64,000 nt of DNA from the NCBI GenBank assembly GCA_050575255.1, contig JBNZDD010013550.1:980943-1044942 (forward strand), read 5' to 3'. A model generated the notes under the pieces. The model was not told where the DNA came from. It worked only from the letters and a program-made list of their open reading frames with translations, and made no database searches. The stretch comes from Harriotta raleighana. Its lineage: Eukaryota. The position numbers were made by a program, and so were the translations under genes. Positions 10,706 to 22,356 of the stretch are shown one piece after another (within the stretch, counting starts at the first letter, position 1; each line of letters begins with the position of its first letter).

Positions 10706-12366
10706 TTGGGTGACCTTCTGAACTACTCTGTGGCCTTGGATCATACACAGAAATCTTAGTCTTCCTGTTTTTCTGAATTTTTAAAAAAGTGTTTCTTCTT
10801 ACAGACTAGTTTGGAGCATCAGCCAGGAGTGGTGAGCTGGCAACCGTATGATACTTTACATGTTGCCCGCGACTCAAAATCTCTTGATAGGGCATTGAAG
10901 TGCAGGATTGAATCCAGAATCGCACATAGACGGAATTGGTGGCCTATGAATTGGAATGCTTGAATAAAGGGAATATTTGCTGAAGAAATAAGGCAATTGC
11001 CTACACTAAATGGATTCCCGCTGGCTGATTGTAACGGTTTGTACCCAGTTGCTCTTTTACTGCCATAAGTTTTTAAGTGTTTCAATTATTTATTGCGCTC
11101 ACACTTTAAATGAACTTAAAGTCTCATTTCAGGCAGTTCAGCTAAGTTAAATCCTATTGACACTTCAAAGTCCTACTTAATTTTGAACATAAAACAGCTG
11201 AAGCACAGCTGAAAGAGATGCCTGGGTAGATTCTCAATCTCGTACTTATGCACTGAAACTGACCCGTGGAGTTCGATGAGTCAAGTTTGTCACCTGCTCC
11301 AACAGATGGCTTTGTGATTTTATTTCTTGGACGTTTTACTTGGGATTATTATGGTCTTGCGTTGCTGCCAAGTACACTCAATACTTTCCTTTTAAACAAA
11401 TCATTTATTTGACTTGCTGCTTATAATGATAAGTTTTAATGAATATTCTGATATGCAATTGAAGATGAGCATTCCAGCACATCCTAATATTCTTGTGTCC
11501 AGAGCCAAAGACCTGCCAATGACTCTTTTCCAAGTCCCAAATAGTTACTCAAAGGATTACAGACCTCCTCTGGTGTGCTGGAACATTACAGTTTATACTT
11601 AAGAGAGTAAGTGAACAGAGGGGGCAGAATAGTAACATAGGTAGGGACACCTTGAAGCACTTCATAGGATATACAGTAAAGTGGAATCACTGTATTTTGC
11701 TAGCAAAACGAGTGTTGTTCTAAGCAACTATATAATTCATTCTGTTGATGCAAAATACTCCACGACAGACAGGTTTAGAAGTGTATCATCCCTAATAGCA
11801 CAGCTGCTAAGAGATACACGGAAGTGCAATAAAATGGCCTTCTTTCACCTTAAGGAGCACGCTTTAACACCTAGGAGACATCAAAGAAGATGCCAAATAC
11901 AACATTGCTGGTGTCATCGCCAGTTCTGTGTTTACTGACTGTCGAAGAGAGTTTGCTTAACAGTAAACTGAGTGCAAACTAATTTCACACAAACGTTTAA
12001 TTTTGTTAAAGTAAAAGTGTTTTGGGAATGTGAATTTTTCATTTTTTTTTAAAAAAGCTTTGTTTTATTTGGTGAGTGTGGAGGCAAAATCCAACTGTGT
12101 TCTCCCTGCCTCTCACAGCCACTTATCCATGTATTTGTTTTATTGCTCACGGCAGTCAAAAGATTGCTTCCGGCACTTGAGCCAACAGTGCACACTGCAA
12201 CAATACTGAATATTTTGTCAGTTCTGTCGAAACGTGAACTCATTTTCCCCTCTCCATAGATTTGATTTCAGATTTCCAGCTTCCACAGTATTTTGGCTTT
12301 CATATTTGGATCCACCTGCTGAATACTCGATCGATGGGAATCTCTTATTCTGCAGTCACTAAAGTT

Positions 12367-12715
12367 CAGGGTGTCCACAAAATACTTTTTACCTCCAGTT
12401 ACAAAGCACTGATATGAGACCACGGAGGAGATGTCACGAGATACATTTTGCTTCATCACTTCATTACTGTAGAAGATGTCACCAACAAACATGGTGACGG
12501 ATCATTATCTGCCATGAAAATGATGGCGTTCACACATATCTACCGGATGTCTAAATACTGCTAAACATTTGTACCGAATACGATTAGGTTGTACAGTAGT
12601 TCTAAATACAATTATCATCATTCTTCAATATGTTTCAGCGGTTGATCAGTGTACTGCAGAAAAAAACATGGGGCATCGTGACTTTGTTGACACCCTGTAC
12701 TTTGTGGATACCCTG
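12367..12715. mobile_element. Tc1/mariner-like MITE with a doubled right TIR
   Basis: Left cagggtgtccacaaaatac (12367-12385). Right copies gactttgttgacaccctg|ta (12680-12697) and gtactttgtggataccctg (12697-12715, 17/19 match to the left TIR). Confidence 0.6.
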
Positions 12716-12983
12716 TTCTGTAACATTCTGCATTTCCTAGACGTTGAGGAACCTTCCTGCTCAGGCCCTTCACTATGTAGAGCACAGACAGCACAATATC
12801 CAGAATGATGGACTTTTCACTGAGATTAGACATCTGTTAAAAGAAAGTTTTTTTTGGGGGGGAAAAAAATTATATTCCTGTCACATTTCCTTCAATTCAC
12901 CAAAGTTCAAGGTCACAGCTAATAACCTCAGTGTCAGTGAGAAGTGTTCAATTAACACTCATTTGCCCATCCTGCCTCCGTAC

Positions 12984-13019
12984 CTGGACTGCTGACTGCT
13001 GCTTTTTCACTCTTCTTCT
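12984..13019 (-). CDS. FSTL1: FSTL1 linker micro-exon, 36 nt, phase 1/1
   Basis: Reads tcctttcgcag|AGAAGAAGAGTGAAAAAGCAGCAGTCAGCAGTCCAG|gtacgg and encodes (E)KKSEKAAVSSP, matching the mammalian EKKSVSPSASP linker. Not shown in the ORF track. Confidence 0.9.
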
Positions 13020-13944
13020 CTGCGAAAGGAAGACAAAGGCAGATATGAGCAATACGATTGCAGAACAAGGAAGCAGAAGTTTGGGCGTTAAAACTGCTGC
13101 AGTAAAACCAGTACAAGCTTCTCACAATAAAGTGTCACTACATTTACTACTGTGCCTTGGGATATGCTTCCAACGTGAAAGGGGCTCTATAAATTTAATT
13201 CTGTTGTTATTACATTGCAAGATTCATTGTATCAGCAGCCAGAATGACAGATACTAGCTGTCACGAAACAGACAAAAGCTGATGCTTTACTTTCACTAAG
13301 AAATGGTTACATCAACAACAACAACAACAAAACTACATTTGTGGAGCGCCTTTCACGTCGGGAAGGCGTCCCAACTTGCATTTGTGCAATGCCCTTCATG
13401 TGGGGGTAGTGTCTCGGATCGTTTAACAATACAAATATAAACAACCTCACAACCATCTGCTAAATGTCTACTGCATAATATCCCTCGTCCCCTACACCAT
13501 CATCAGCTGTGCTTTCAGCCACTGTACCCCAAAACTCTGGAACTTTGAGCCTCGATCCCCCTGTCTTGTTAGTTTTCAGATAGTCTACCTTGACTACAGT
13601 CATCTCCCCTTTCACCACAACTGAGTTTCAACCCCCACAACCATCAATGCGCTCCGAGACCCCATCTGGCATGGAGGGCCCTCTATAAATCCAAGATGTT
13701 GTTGTTAAATTATCCGAGACACTACCCCACGCAGAGGACATGGCACAAATGCAAGTATTGTTGTTGCAAATCCTCAAAGAGCATCGAATATTGAATCAAA
13801 TGTGCATAAATTATTTCTATTGACTGGGATATGACTCATTGTTTCCACTGAATAAAATTTTCATTGATTCTAACTGGGAGGGTGGTTTCTTAACATTTTT
13901 GAACTATGCATTTGTACAAATCATGCCACACAAATTGGCACTTT

Positions 13945-14035
13945 TGACTGGAAATTTGCCCAAGGTTTCACCCTGCCTGGAATTGAAGGCAGATTTCTCG
14001 CTTGTAAGGTGAGTTGTCTAACCACTGAGTTGCCG
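13945..14035 (-). mobile_element. Young tRNA-SINE head fragment
   Basis: Reverse complement of ggcaactcagtggttagac...cttacaagcgag...ttcaattccaggcagggtgaaaccttgggc. Confidence 0.75.
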
Positions 14036-14508
14036 GACTCCACAAATCCTTGCCAATTATCGTAAGCATCTCGGTAGACTCCAGCTTCCAGCTACGCTTT
14101 CGATTGCAGAATCCTTCACCGTAAACCTCAAGACTCATCCTCTCATCCATTTTAGAATCTCCCCTTTCCCCGGGAAATCAGTCTTCAGTCTTCAGCCGTT
14201 ATTTTTTTTTATTTTTTTTAAAAAGACCAGGCTTCCAAATCAAGACTGAATTCATGGATCTTCCACAATTCCACTCAGTCTTAACGTTTACGGTTAAATA
14301 ATCTTGCAGGCTAAGATTAGGTGGAAACTCTAGATCTCAGATGAAGGACACTGATAATAAAAAGCTTTGACATGATTGAATAGAGCACGAGCACTGAAGT
14401 TGTAGCGTGTGGTGCATTCCCTGCAGGTTGATCATATTATTGCTCTGAGAATGTCAGTGGCTTGTGTCCATTATTTAATTGTGTGTGTCGTTATCTTGGC
14501 AATTTCAC

Positions 14509-14638
14509 CTTTGCAATTTCCATTGTGAGCCACTTGGATCTTCATGCCGGTCAGACACGCGTCGCGGTGGAGCTCACAATGGTTTCGGTAGGTCTTCCCA
14601 TTGCTTCCGCATACCACTCTCTTGTGCGGTTTACACTC
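14509..14638 (-). CDS. FSTL1: FSTL1 exon, Kazal domain, 130 nt
   Basis: Encodes [43 protein letters not shown]; acceptor cggcag|GAG, donor AAAG|gtgaaa. Confidence 0.97.
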
Positions 14639-15854
14639 CTGCCGAGCAAAGAGAAGAGCAACCATGTTAGAAAGTGACGGCACCCATCATTTCTCACTGC
14701 GCGGTAGAGCTGGACATTGAGGAGTTAAGGTCCACCTGACTCAGTACAGTACCACTCTTTGCCTCCCCTCAGGAGACCCGCACACAGAGACTGATGCTTC
14801 ACCTCCTCTCTCCTGAGGTCATTAACCTTTGCTGAGCCGCTGTCTACCAGTAGCTTTGGCTGATTTTTCTTTACTCCACGAACTTCTCCCCCCTGAACTT
14901 CGATGATCTAACCCAGCACAGACCAGGAATTGAACACAGAACCATCCGTGGGCTGTATATTGCGTGACATGTTTCCCCACCAACTGAGATTGTGGGCTAT
15001 GTAACTAGATGGAATTTAGGTCTATGGGATCTTATTAAACACAAATACCGTGGCTGTTAAAATATGTATTTATCCTGGCGGACTTTCAGCAGAAACCTCT
15101 CCATAAACCGAGACAGCTAGAAAGTGACCTAAACAGTGACTAGGACAATCCTCCTTTAAAAATGTTCAGTTGAATTAATCTTACTTTCTCTCCCCTCCTC
15201 GTCCGTCTCTCTGCTCGTTCCTCTGATCGTTCCCCAACCACCTCACGAATGGAATTTGAATAAACCCTCTCCACAGGGCATCCTCTTATTTTCAAAGAGC
15301 TTTACTCAGGAGCCCAGGAGGACATATTATCAACATACTCCATCACACAATCACAATTTTCAGTAGAGCACCTCTGGGGCTTTTGCTTTTTGTTTTAACA
15401 TCAATTTAGAATTGTCAAACTGGCTTCCATTTGTAGCACTCTCACTTCTGAGGCAGAAGGCTGTGAATTCAAGCCCCATATTGGGAATTTGAACTCATAT
15501 AGTCTCTCTAGGCAGATCCTTCAATGAAGTGATTGGGGGCTGTGCTGCATTTTAGATGATGATTTTTTTGAATGAATGGGAAATGCATAAGGTTAAAAGG
15601 AGAGGGGAAACCTGGCTGTTTACTCCCCTCCCTAACCTCGGAAAGGCCAAGGTTGATATAGCTTCCCCATGCAGGCTTAGCCAAGCAAATTCAAAACAGA
15701 TTCAAGCTCACAGACTGTGTCTCACCTTCACGTAGGAAGTCAACTCATGAAGCATCCATGATGAGAAGAACAGTGTGAAACAGTCAATATTACGTTTGGC
15801 TACTTTACCAACAAGGTTGCATCAGGCAATTCTTTGTGGTGTCCCCCAGGGCTT

Positions 15855-16748
15855 TATCTTTCTGCCTCCAGGACTACTACTGTCGTGACAGACTGGATGA
15901 GAGCTAACTTTCTACAGTTGAATGTCAACAAGACCAAGTCCCTCCTGATTGGCTCGCACCAGCACCTTCTCGCACTGGTGCTGGCAGAATCAATCTCCAT
16001 GGTTGCACACTCAACCTCACCAAGCCAGTCAGTCTTGTTCGATCCTCAACCGTCTTTCCTCCCCTACATCCAAGCAATGACCTGCTCTGCCTTCAGCTCT
16101 GATATATTGCCAGACTCCTCCATTACCTTATCCCCAAGGCTGCTGAAACCCTCATTCATGCCTTCATCATATCCCGGTTCAATTACGCCAATCCCCTGCT
16201 TGTCCTCCTTCCCAATTTCTCCCTCCGTAGGTTACAGATAATCCAGAACACTGCGGCCCATATCTTCTACTGCTCAAAGCTTCGTGACCCCATATCCCCC
16301 ATCCTCACCTGACTCCATTGGCTCCCCATCACCCAGAGGATCCAATTCAAGATCCTGGTTCTCACATTCAAAGCCCTCCACGGCCTCGCCTCACCCACCC
16401 TACATCTGTGACTTCTTAACCCCCGACCAACCTGCTGCCCCCTCTACTCAGCGGGCTCCGGCCTGCTTCATGTCCCTCAACACACTCGCCCCACCATTGG
16501 CGGGCGAACAGTCGGTCACTTTGTCTCCAACCTCCCGCAGTCCTTCCACCTTGCTCCCTCCCTGGCCTCCTTCACATCCCGTCTCAAGACCCTTGTCTTC
16601 AACTGCCCCATCAGTCACCTCAAATCCCCACCACCCTTTCACTGCACTCTCCACGACCTCAGCTTGGATCTGAAACACTGACTGCCAGCGCCTTGGGATG
16701 TCTTCCGGACGTGAAAGGCCCTATACAGGTGTAATTTTGTGGTTGTTG
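15855..16748 (+). mobile_element. L2 LINE 3' portion (degenerate ORF2 end, 3'UTR, TTG tail)
   Basis: Translates in part as DWMRANFLQLNVNKTKSLLIGS with frameshifts; tail gcgccttgggatgtcttccggacgtgaaaggccctatac. It ends ~45 bp from the FSTL1 donor at 16792. Confidence 0.9.
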
Positions 16749-16792
16749 ATGCTGTTCTGTTCAAACAGACCAGGACAAGGGGTTAACCTTAC

Positions 16793-16894
16793 CTCAATGC
16801 ACAGACAAGTAGGCTCTGCCTTCTCCGTTACAGCACATTCCCTGCCAGCTCCGCAGAAGACATTGGCACAAATCTTCGATTTGCTCTTTATTTC
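16793..16894 (-). CDS. FSTL1: FSTL1 coding exon (first visible; follistatin N-terminal domain), 102 nt, phase 0/0
   Basis: Encodes [34 protein letters not shown]; acceptor tttatctcag|GAA, donor GAG|gtaagg. Confidence 0.96.
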
Positions 16895-17591
16895 CTGAGA
16901 TAAACAGTAAACAAGCATTTGGTGAGCGACGGCCCTTCCATCTGGTTACTGTGGATACAACCACTGGCATTTATACAGCGCCCTTCGCGTGTCGTGCAGA
17001 GCTTTAGAACAGAACAATACACAGTGTCTCAACACTGAGCATTTAATATTAAGTTCATCTGTGTGCAGTTATTTTTTGGCGAATCATACACAATCTCTAC
17101 TGAGTCGAGCGATATTCGAGAATAACAATCCTTGCATTTTACACACTGACTAGAAGGTCAAAAGGTCTCAAAGCACTTCCCAGTGTAGTGACTTTGTATT
17201 TTGTAGACAGCAAGGCAGCCAATACTGCTGATAGGACACTGATGGTTTGGACACAAACACAGAAAAGCCCCCTGCCCTACAGTACATTTCCATGTTAAGT
17301 TCCCAAAGTACAATACTTTGAGCCCACTTCTGTAACCAAAGACTGCTGGATTTACTGGATTTTTTAAAAAATCGCACAGAATAATTCTGTGGTGCATCAT
17401 CATGATTTCACCCACACATTCCAGAAAAGTAGAGAGATATAGAGAGGGTTAAAATGATGAGTAGAGTCTTCTACACAGAACATGAAGGAAAATTAATTGG
17501 ATGGAGGCAAAAGAAGAGAGTTATTCCCTTTGATGGGAATTTAAGTCAAAGTATGTACAGTATTATAATTTATTTTCCTTATACCTATCTG

Positions 17592-17897
17592 CTGTGGAGT
17601 CTTGCAGCTCAGTGGTTGGAGCACTCGCCTTACAAGAGTGAGACCTGTATTTCAAATCCAGGCAGATCGGGGTGAAACTCTGGGCAAGTTTCCTTACTCC
17701 ACACACACGCCTAATAATAATCCGCCAAAATAAAAACCTATAATAAATTGGTCATTTCAATCCACGACTGTTTGTGGGACACTGCTGTGCGCAATTGGCT
17801 TCCGCGTTTCGCCCACAAATATACAGTCAATTCACTTGATAGTATATTCTGTGAAGCCCTTTCAAGCGTTATATCAAACGCAAGGATTATTATTATT
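17592..17897 (+). mobile_element. Young tRNA-derived Deu-domain SINE
   Basis: A-box gcagctcagtgg, B-box-like ttcaaatcc, Deu core tgtttgtgggacactgctgtgcgcaattggct, (TTA)n tail. Confidence 0.9.
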
Positions 17898-19687
17898 GGA
17901 GAGGCCATCCTGATGGTTTGATTTGTTGATAGAATTTAGCCACTAGATGGCACTAGAGTAACACAGAACAAGCACCACAGGAATACAGGGCAGATGTAAC
18001 AGTTATACACAACAGCAACTTGCATCTTTACCGAGTCCATCCAGCAGGGCAATGTTTCGGAGAACAGGGCAAGGCAGAGATGTGGGGGCATGGCATGACG
18101 AAGGCAAAGAGCAGTTTTCAAGCTCACAAAGCACAAGCTGGTGTTACAACTCGGCCAGGGCTGCAGACAGGAATGACAGTGCGACTCAAAACGGAGCATA
18201 TGGCGATTCAGCTGAGAAGTGACAGCTAACGCATGGTTAATACCATGAAAGAGCCAGTGACATGACCCTTTGGTGAAACTTTTTTTAAATGCTCCTCGAA
18301 AAGACTCTTTCTGTGCAGAAACTGGTACAATTCACATCTCCTGCATTTGCAACGCAAAGATAAGACCCAATGTGCGCCTGGAACTATATCCCCCAATGAT
18401 CCCCCTGGTACCCGCTCCAGTCACCTCTAGATCACGTGCTTTGCCCCAGATATGCACTGGGCTATTGACAAGCGCAGAATAAATTGAGTCCGTAAGCAGT
18501 AAAACTGATAAAATTGGAATTTTGCTCTGCTGAAAAATATAAATTATAACTGTACTTGGTACATCACAGAAAAGAGTCGAGCTATGTTGATGTGCTACAT
18601 GAAAGCTGTGGAGTCCTCAGGTCAGTGGTTGGAGCTCTCACTTTAAAACCTTGGGCGAGNCAAGAGTGAGACCTGTATTTCAAATCCAGGCAGATCGGGG
18701 TGAAACTCTGGGCAAGTTTCCTTACTCCACACACACGCCTAATAATAATCCGCCAAAATAAAAACCTATAATAAATTGGTCATTTCAATCCACGACTGTT
18801 TGTGGGACACTGCTGTGCGCAATTGGCTTCCGCGTTTCGCCCACAAATATACAGTCAATTCACTTGATAGTATATTCTGTGAAGCCCTTTCAAGCGTTAT
18901 ATCAAACGCAAGGATTATTATTATTGGAGAGGCCATCCTGATGGTTTGATTTGTTGATAGAATTTAGCCACTAGATGGCACTAGAGTAACACAGAACAAG
19001 CACCACAGGAATACAGGGCAGATGTAACAGTTATACACAACAGCAACTTGCATCTTTACCGAGTCCATCCAGCAGGGCAATGTTTCGGAGAACAGGGCAA
19101 GGCAGAGATGTGGGGGCATGGCATGACGAAGGCAAAGAGCAGTTTTCAAGCTCACAAAGCACAAGCTGGTGTTACAACTCGGCCAGGGCTGCAGACAGGA
19201 ATGACAGTGCGACTCAAAACGGAGCATATGGCGATTCAGCTGAGAAGTGACAGCTAACGCATGGTTAATACCATGAAAGAGCCAGTGACATGACCCTTTG
19301 GTGAAACTTTTTTTAAATGCTCCTCGAAAAGACTCTTTCTGTGCAGAAACTGGTACAATTCACATCTCCTGCATTTGCAACGCAAAGATAAGACCCAATG
19401 TGCGCCTGGAACTATATCCCCCAATGATCCCCCTGGTACCCGCTCCAGTCACCTCTAGATCACGTGCTTTGCCCCAGATATGCACTGGGCTATTGACAAG
19501 CGCAGAATAAATTGAGTCCGTAAGCAGTAAAACTGATAAAATTGGAATTTTGCTGTGCTGAAAAATATAAATTATAACTGTACTTGGTACATCACAGAAA
19601 AGAGTCAAGCTATGTTGATGTGCTACATGAAAGCTGTGGAGTCCTCAGGTCAGTGGTTGGAGCTCTCACTTTAAAACCTTGGGCGAG
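17633..19687. repeat. 1028-bp near-perfect tandem duplication centred on n at 18660 (probable assembly overlap)
   Basis: 17633-18659 is repeated at 18661-19687. I noticed only isolated SNPs (tgctctgc/tgctgtgc, gtcgag/gtcaag). This explains the duplicated ORFs in the track. Confidence 0.9.
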
Positions 19688-19900
19688 TTTCCTTGACACA
19701 GCTGACAGTAATCCCATAAAATACAATAATAATTTGGTAACTTCAACCCACGACTGTTTGTGGGACACTGCTGTGCACTGTACATTGGCTGCTGCATTTC
19801 GCCCACAAATATACAGTCAGTTCACTTTGCAGTATATTCTGTGAAGCGCTTTGAGATGTCTAGAATACGTGAAAAGCTCTTAATTAAATGCAGGGATAAA
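19633..19900 (+). mobile_element. tRNA/Deu SINE with internally deleted head
   Basis: ctgtggagtcctcaggtcagtgg...tgtttgtgggacactgctgtgc...gtgaagcgctttgagatg. Confidence 0.85.
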
Positions 19901-22098
19901 GCACTTTATTGAATGCAAATATTAAACGCCCTGAGACGCCGTCCGGGGTGGAGGGAGCTATATAAATCCAAGTTGCTGTTGTTGTATTATTATCATTGTC
20001 ACAGCAAAATTATCAGCAGATGATATCACAGAACTGCTCAGACTCATGATAATTTAGCTACTCACGTAATAACTGTCATAATACTTGCATATAATATGGC
20101 ACCTGAGAACATTGAGAACGTCTCAAAGCACTTTGCAAAATGTTTCTGTGAAATGTAGTTACTGTGGCTTTGCTGGTGGACTTGGCAGCCTATCTGAGGG
20201 AATGTTCGCCAAGACCCCCCAAAACAATACTCCCTTCTCTTTTCGAGTAATAATCCTTGCACTTTGGTGTGTGTGTGTACTTTCATTCAAATGCAAGGAT
20301 TACTATCATCATCAAGATGAGAAAGTCTTCAAATGTATTGGAATAAAAGTCTTGACTCTCTTGTTGCTGAGTTTCAAATGACTGGCTTGCGCGTGTATTT
20401 CTCATTTACAATGAGCCACTAAGCTTCTGTGTGCACAAAGCATATAATTAGTTTGCTGAGACATGTTCTACTTAGATCAGAATTTGTATAACTTCACCAG
20501 AAAGGGCCAATTTGCAAATAATTGTATCGTGACCACCTGGCTCACAACACTCTGCAATTCATTCGGAACAGCAACTGCCTATAAATACACATGGCACTAA
20601 ATAATAAACTCTGAATTACTTATACTATGCAGTCCTGTAGCTTAGTGGTTAGAGCACTCGCCTCACAAGACCCAGGTTTGATTTCCGATTAATAATAATA
20701 ATACTAACAATCCTTGCATTTGATATAGCGCTCTTCGCGTCTTCCAGACGTCGCAAAGCAAAGCCCTTCACAGAATTTACTGCAAACAACAACAATAAAA
20801 TTACATTTGCCTTTCATGTCGCGAGGGCGAGCAAAGAATGTGATTTAGATTGTAAGAACTTCAGCCCCTTAACTGAATAGAAATAAACTAATTTCAAACA
20901 GAAACAGCATGGATGCTGTAAAGATAGTTGATATAAGTGGTCACATTCACAATGGTACATGGCAAACTGAACAAATTCCTCGGAGGGTGGTGGGGGTGGG
21001 GGGTAAGATGGAGGCATCAAACATTGGCTTTTGCCAACCTGTGGCTAATATTTTCAAGGCTTTGGGAGATCAGGGCAAGTTCTTCAGGGGGTAGTTTGGT
21101 TTGGAATACTCTTTTAACCACGGTGCTGAGTATCTACATGAGCCAGACCCCAGTTGACCAATAAAAAAGAATCTTTGCCCCGTGGGACTCGGGTTAAGTT
21201 TGCAATGTCACTCGATTTCCTTTCCCGTAAAACCTCTATGTGATGTGTGGCAGCCAGGGAGACACTTTGAAAATTTTCATTAGCTAAGCATGGAACGCCA
21301 GATTTGACAAACTGCTAACTACATTCCCACAACAGCAGGGGCGGAAAGATTTTGACAAGCGGGGACATTGTCTCTCGGCAGATCTTCCAGCTTCCCACAA
21401 TGTGATTAAAAGCCCACAAGGTTTCAGCGTCTAAGTTGTGCGGTGCCTCAATAGAGACTGACACTGAATGGGGAGTGGAGTGGAGGAAGGGATAATTAAA
21501 TGAATTACATTCAAATGAATACTGAGCATTCTTCTGTGACTTGACTGGACTGGATGTTGCACTGATCTGCTCCAGAGATGCCCGACATTCAAACTAGCCA
21601 TGCACACCAACAATTAAGTGGATCAATTTTAGGCGAAGGCAGAAGAAACACTTGGGATAGAGGGAAGTGTTTTACCTCGAGAGATTGAAGCTACCTCACT
21701 CAGACCTCTTTCTGAATGCAATTGAGTTTACATTATTTACCCTTCGCTCTTTGTTCACCTCCAGAAATACAGTCACTCCACTTTACAGTATTCTAAGAAT
21801 AAATAATCCTTGAATTTGATATCACTTTATCACGCTTCTACAATGTCTCAAAGTGCTTCATAGAATATACTCTAAAGTGAATTGACTGTACATTTTGTGG
21901 GAGCATGAAGTGTTTTGAGGTGTTCTCATGTCCTGGAAAGCTCTGTGCTAAAGAGATTATTTTAGGATTATTATTCTCCCCTTCCCTCTTTTCCCCTGAT
22001 CTCTCTCCATTTTGTTTTTAGCATAAATAAGACTGCCTGTTTGCCTGAAAATCACAATTTATTTTCTTTCTAATCAGTCACATTCTGTAAAGCACCTC

Positions 22099-22356
22099 AA
22101 TAATAATAATCCTTGAATTTGATATAGGGCTTTTCACGTCTCCTAGACATCTCAAAGCATTTCACAGAATATATTGTCAAATGAATTGACTGTATATTTG
22201 TGGGCGAAATGCGGCAGCCAATTGCGTGCAGCAGTGACCCACAAACAGTCGTGGATTGAAATGACCTATTTTAATATTGTGTTTTTTTCGGAGGGCTTAT
22301 TATTATTAGGCGTGTGGAGTAAGGAAACTTGCCCATGGTTTCACCCTGACCTGCTT
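22099..22356 (-). mobile_element. Young Deu SINE, 5'-truncated
   Basis: Reverse complement of the SINE body with (AAT)n at its left end. Confidence 0.88.

Larger units (their letters stand above)
1127..16894 (-). other. FSTL1: Follistatin-like 1 gene, visible part (9 coding exons plus probable 3'UTR); 5' signal-peptide exon not found in window
   Basis: The spliced exons give a continuous 294-aa frame, [25 protein letters not shown]...ETAEKAKKVHVKDI*. It matches vertebrate FSTL1 (follistatin-N/Kazal, EF-hand pair, VWFC-like domain). All introns are GT-AG with compatible phases. Confidence 0.97.

Noticed and set aside
17936-19510. Identical ORF pairs (87, 69 and 70 aa) suggesting a duplicated gene cassette
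   Set aside because: They lie in a 1028-bp duplication centred on an assembly n, and the peptides have no recognisable features.
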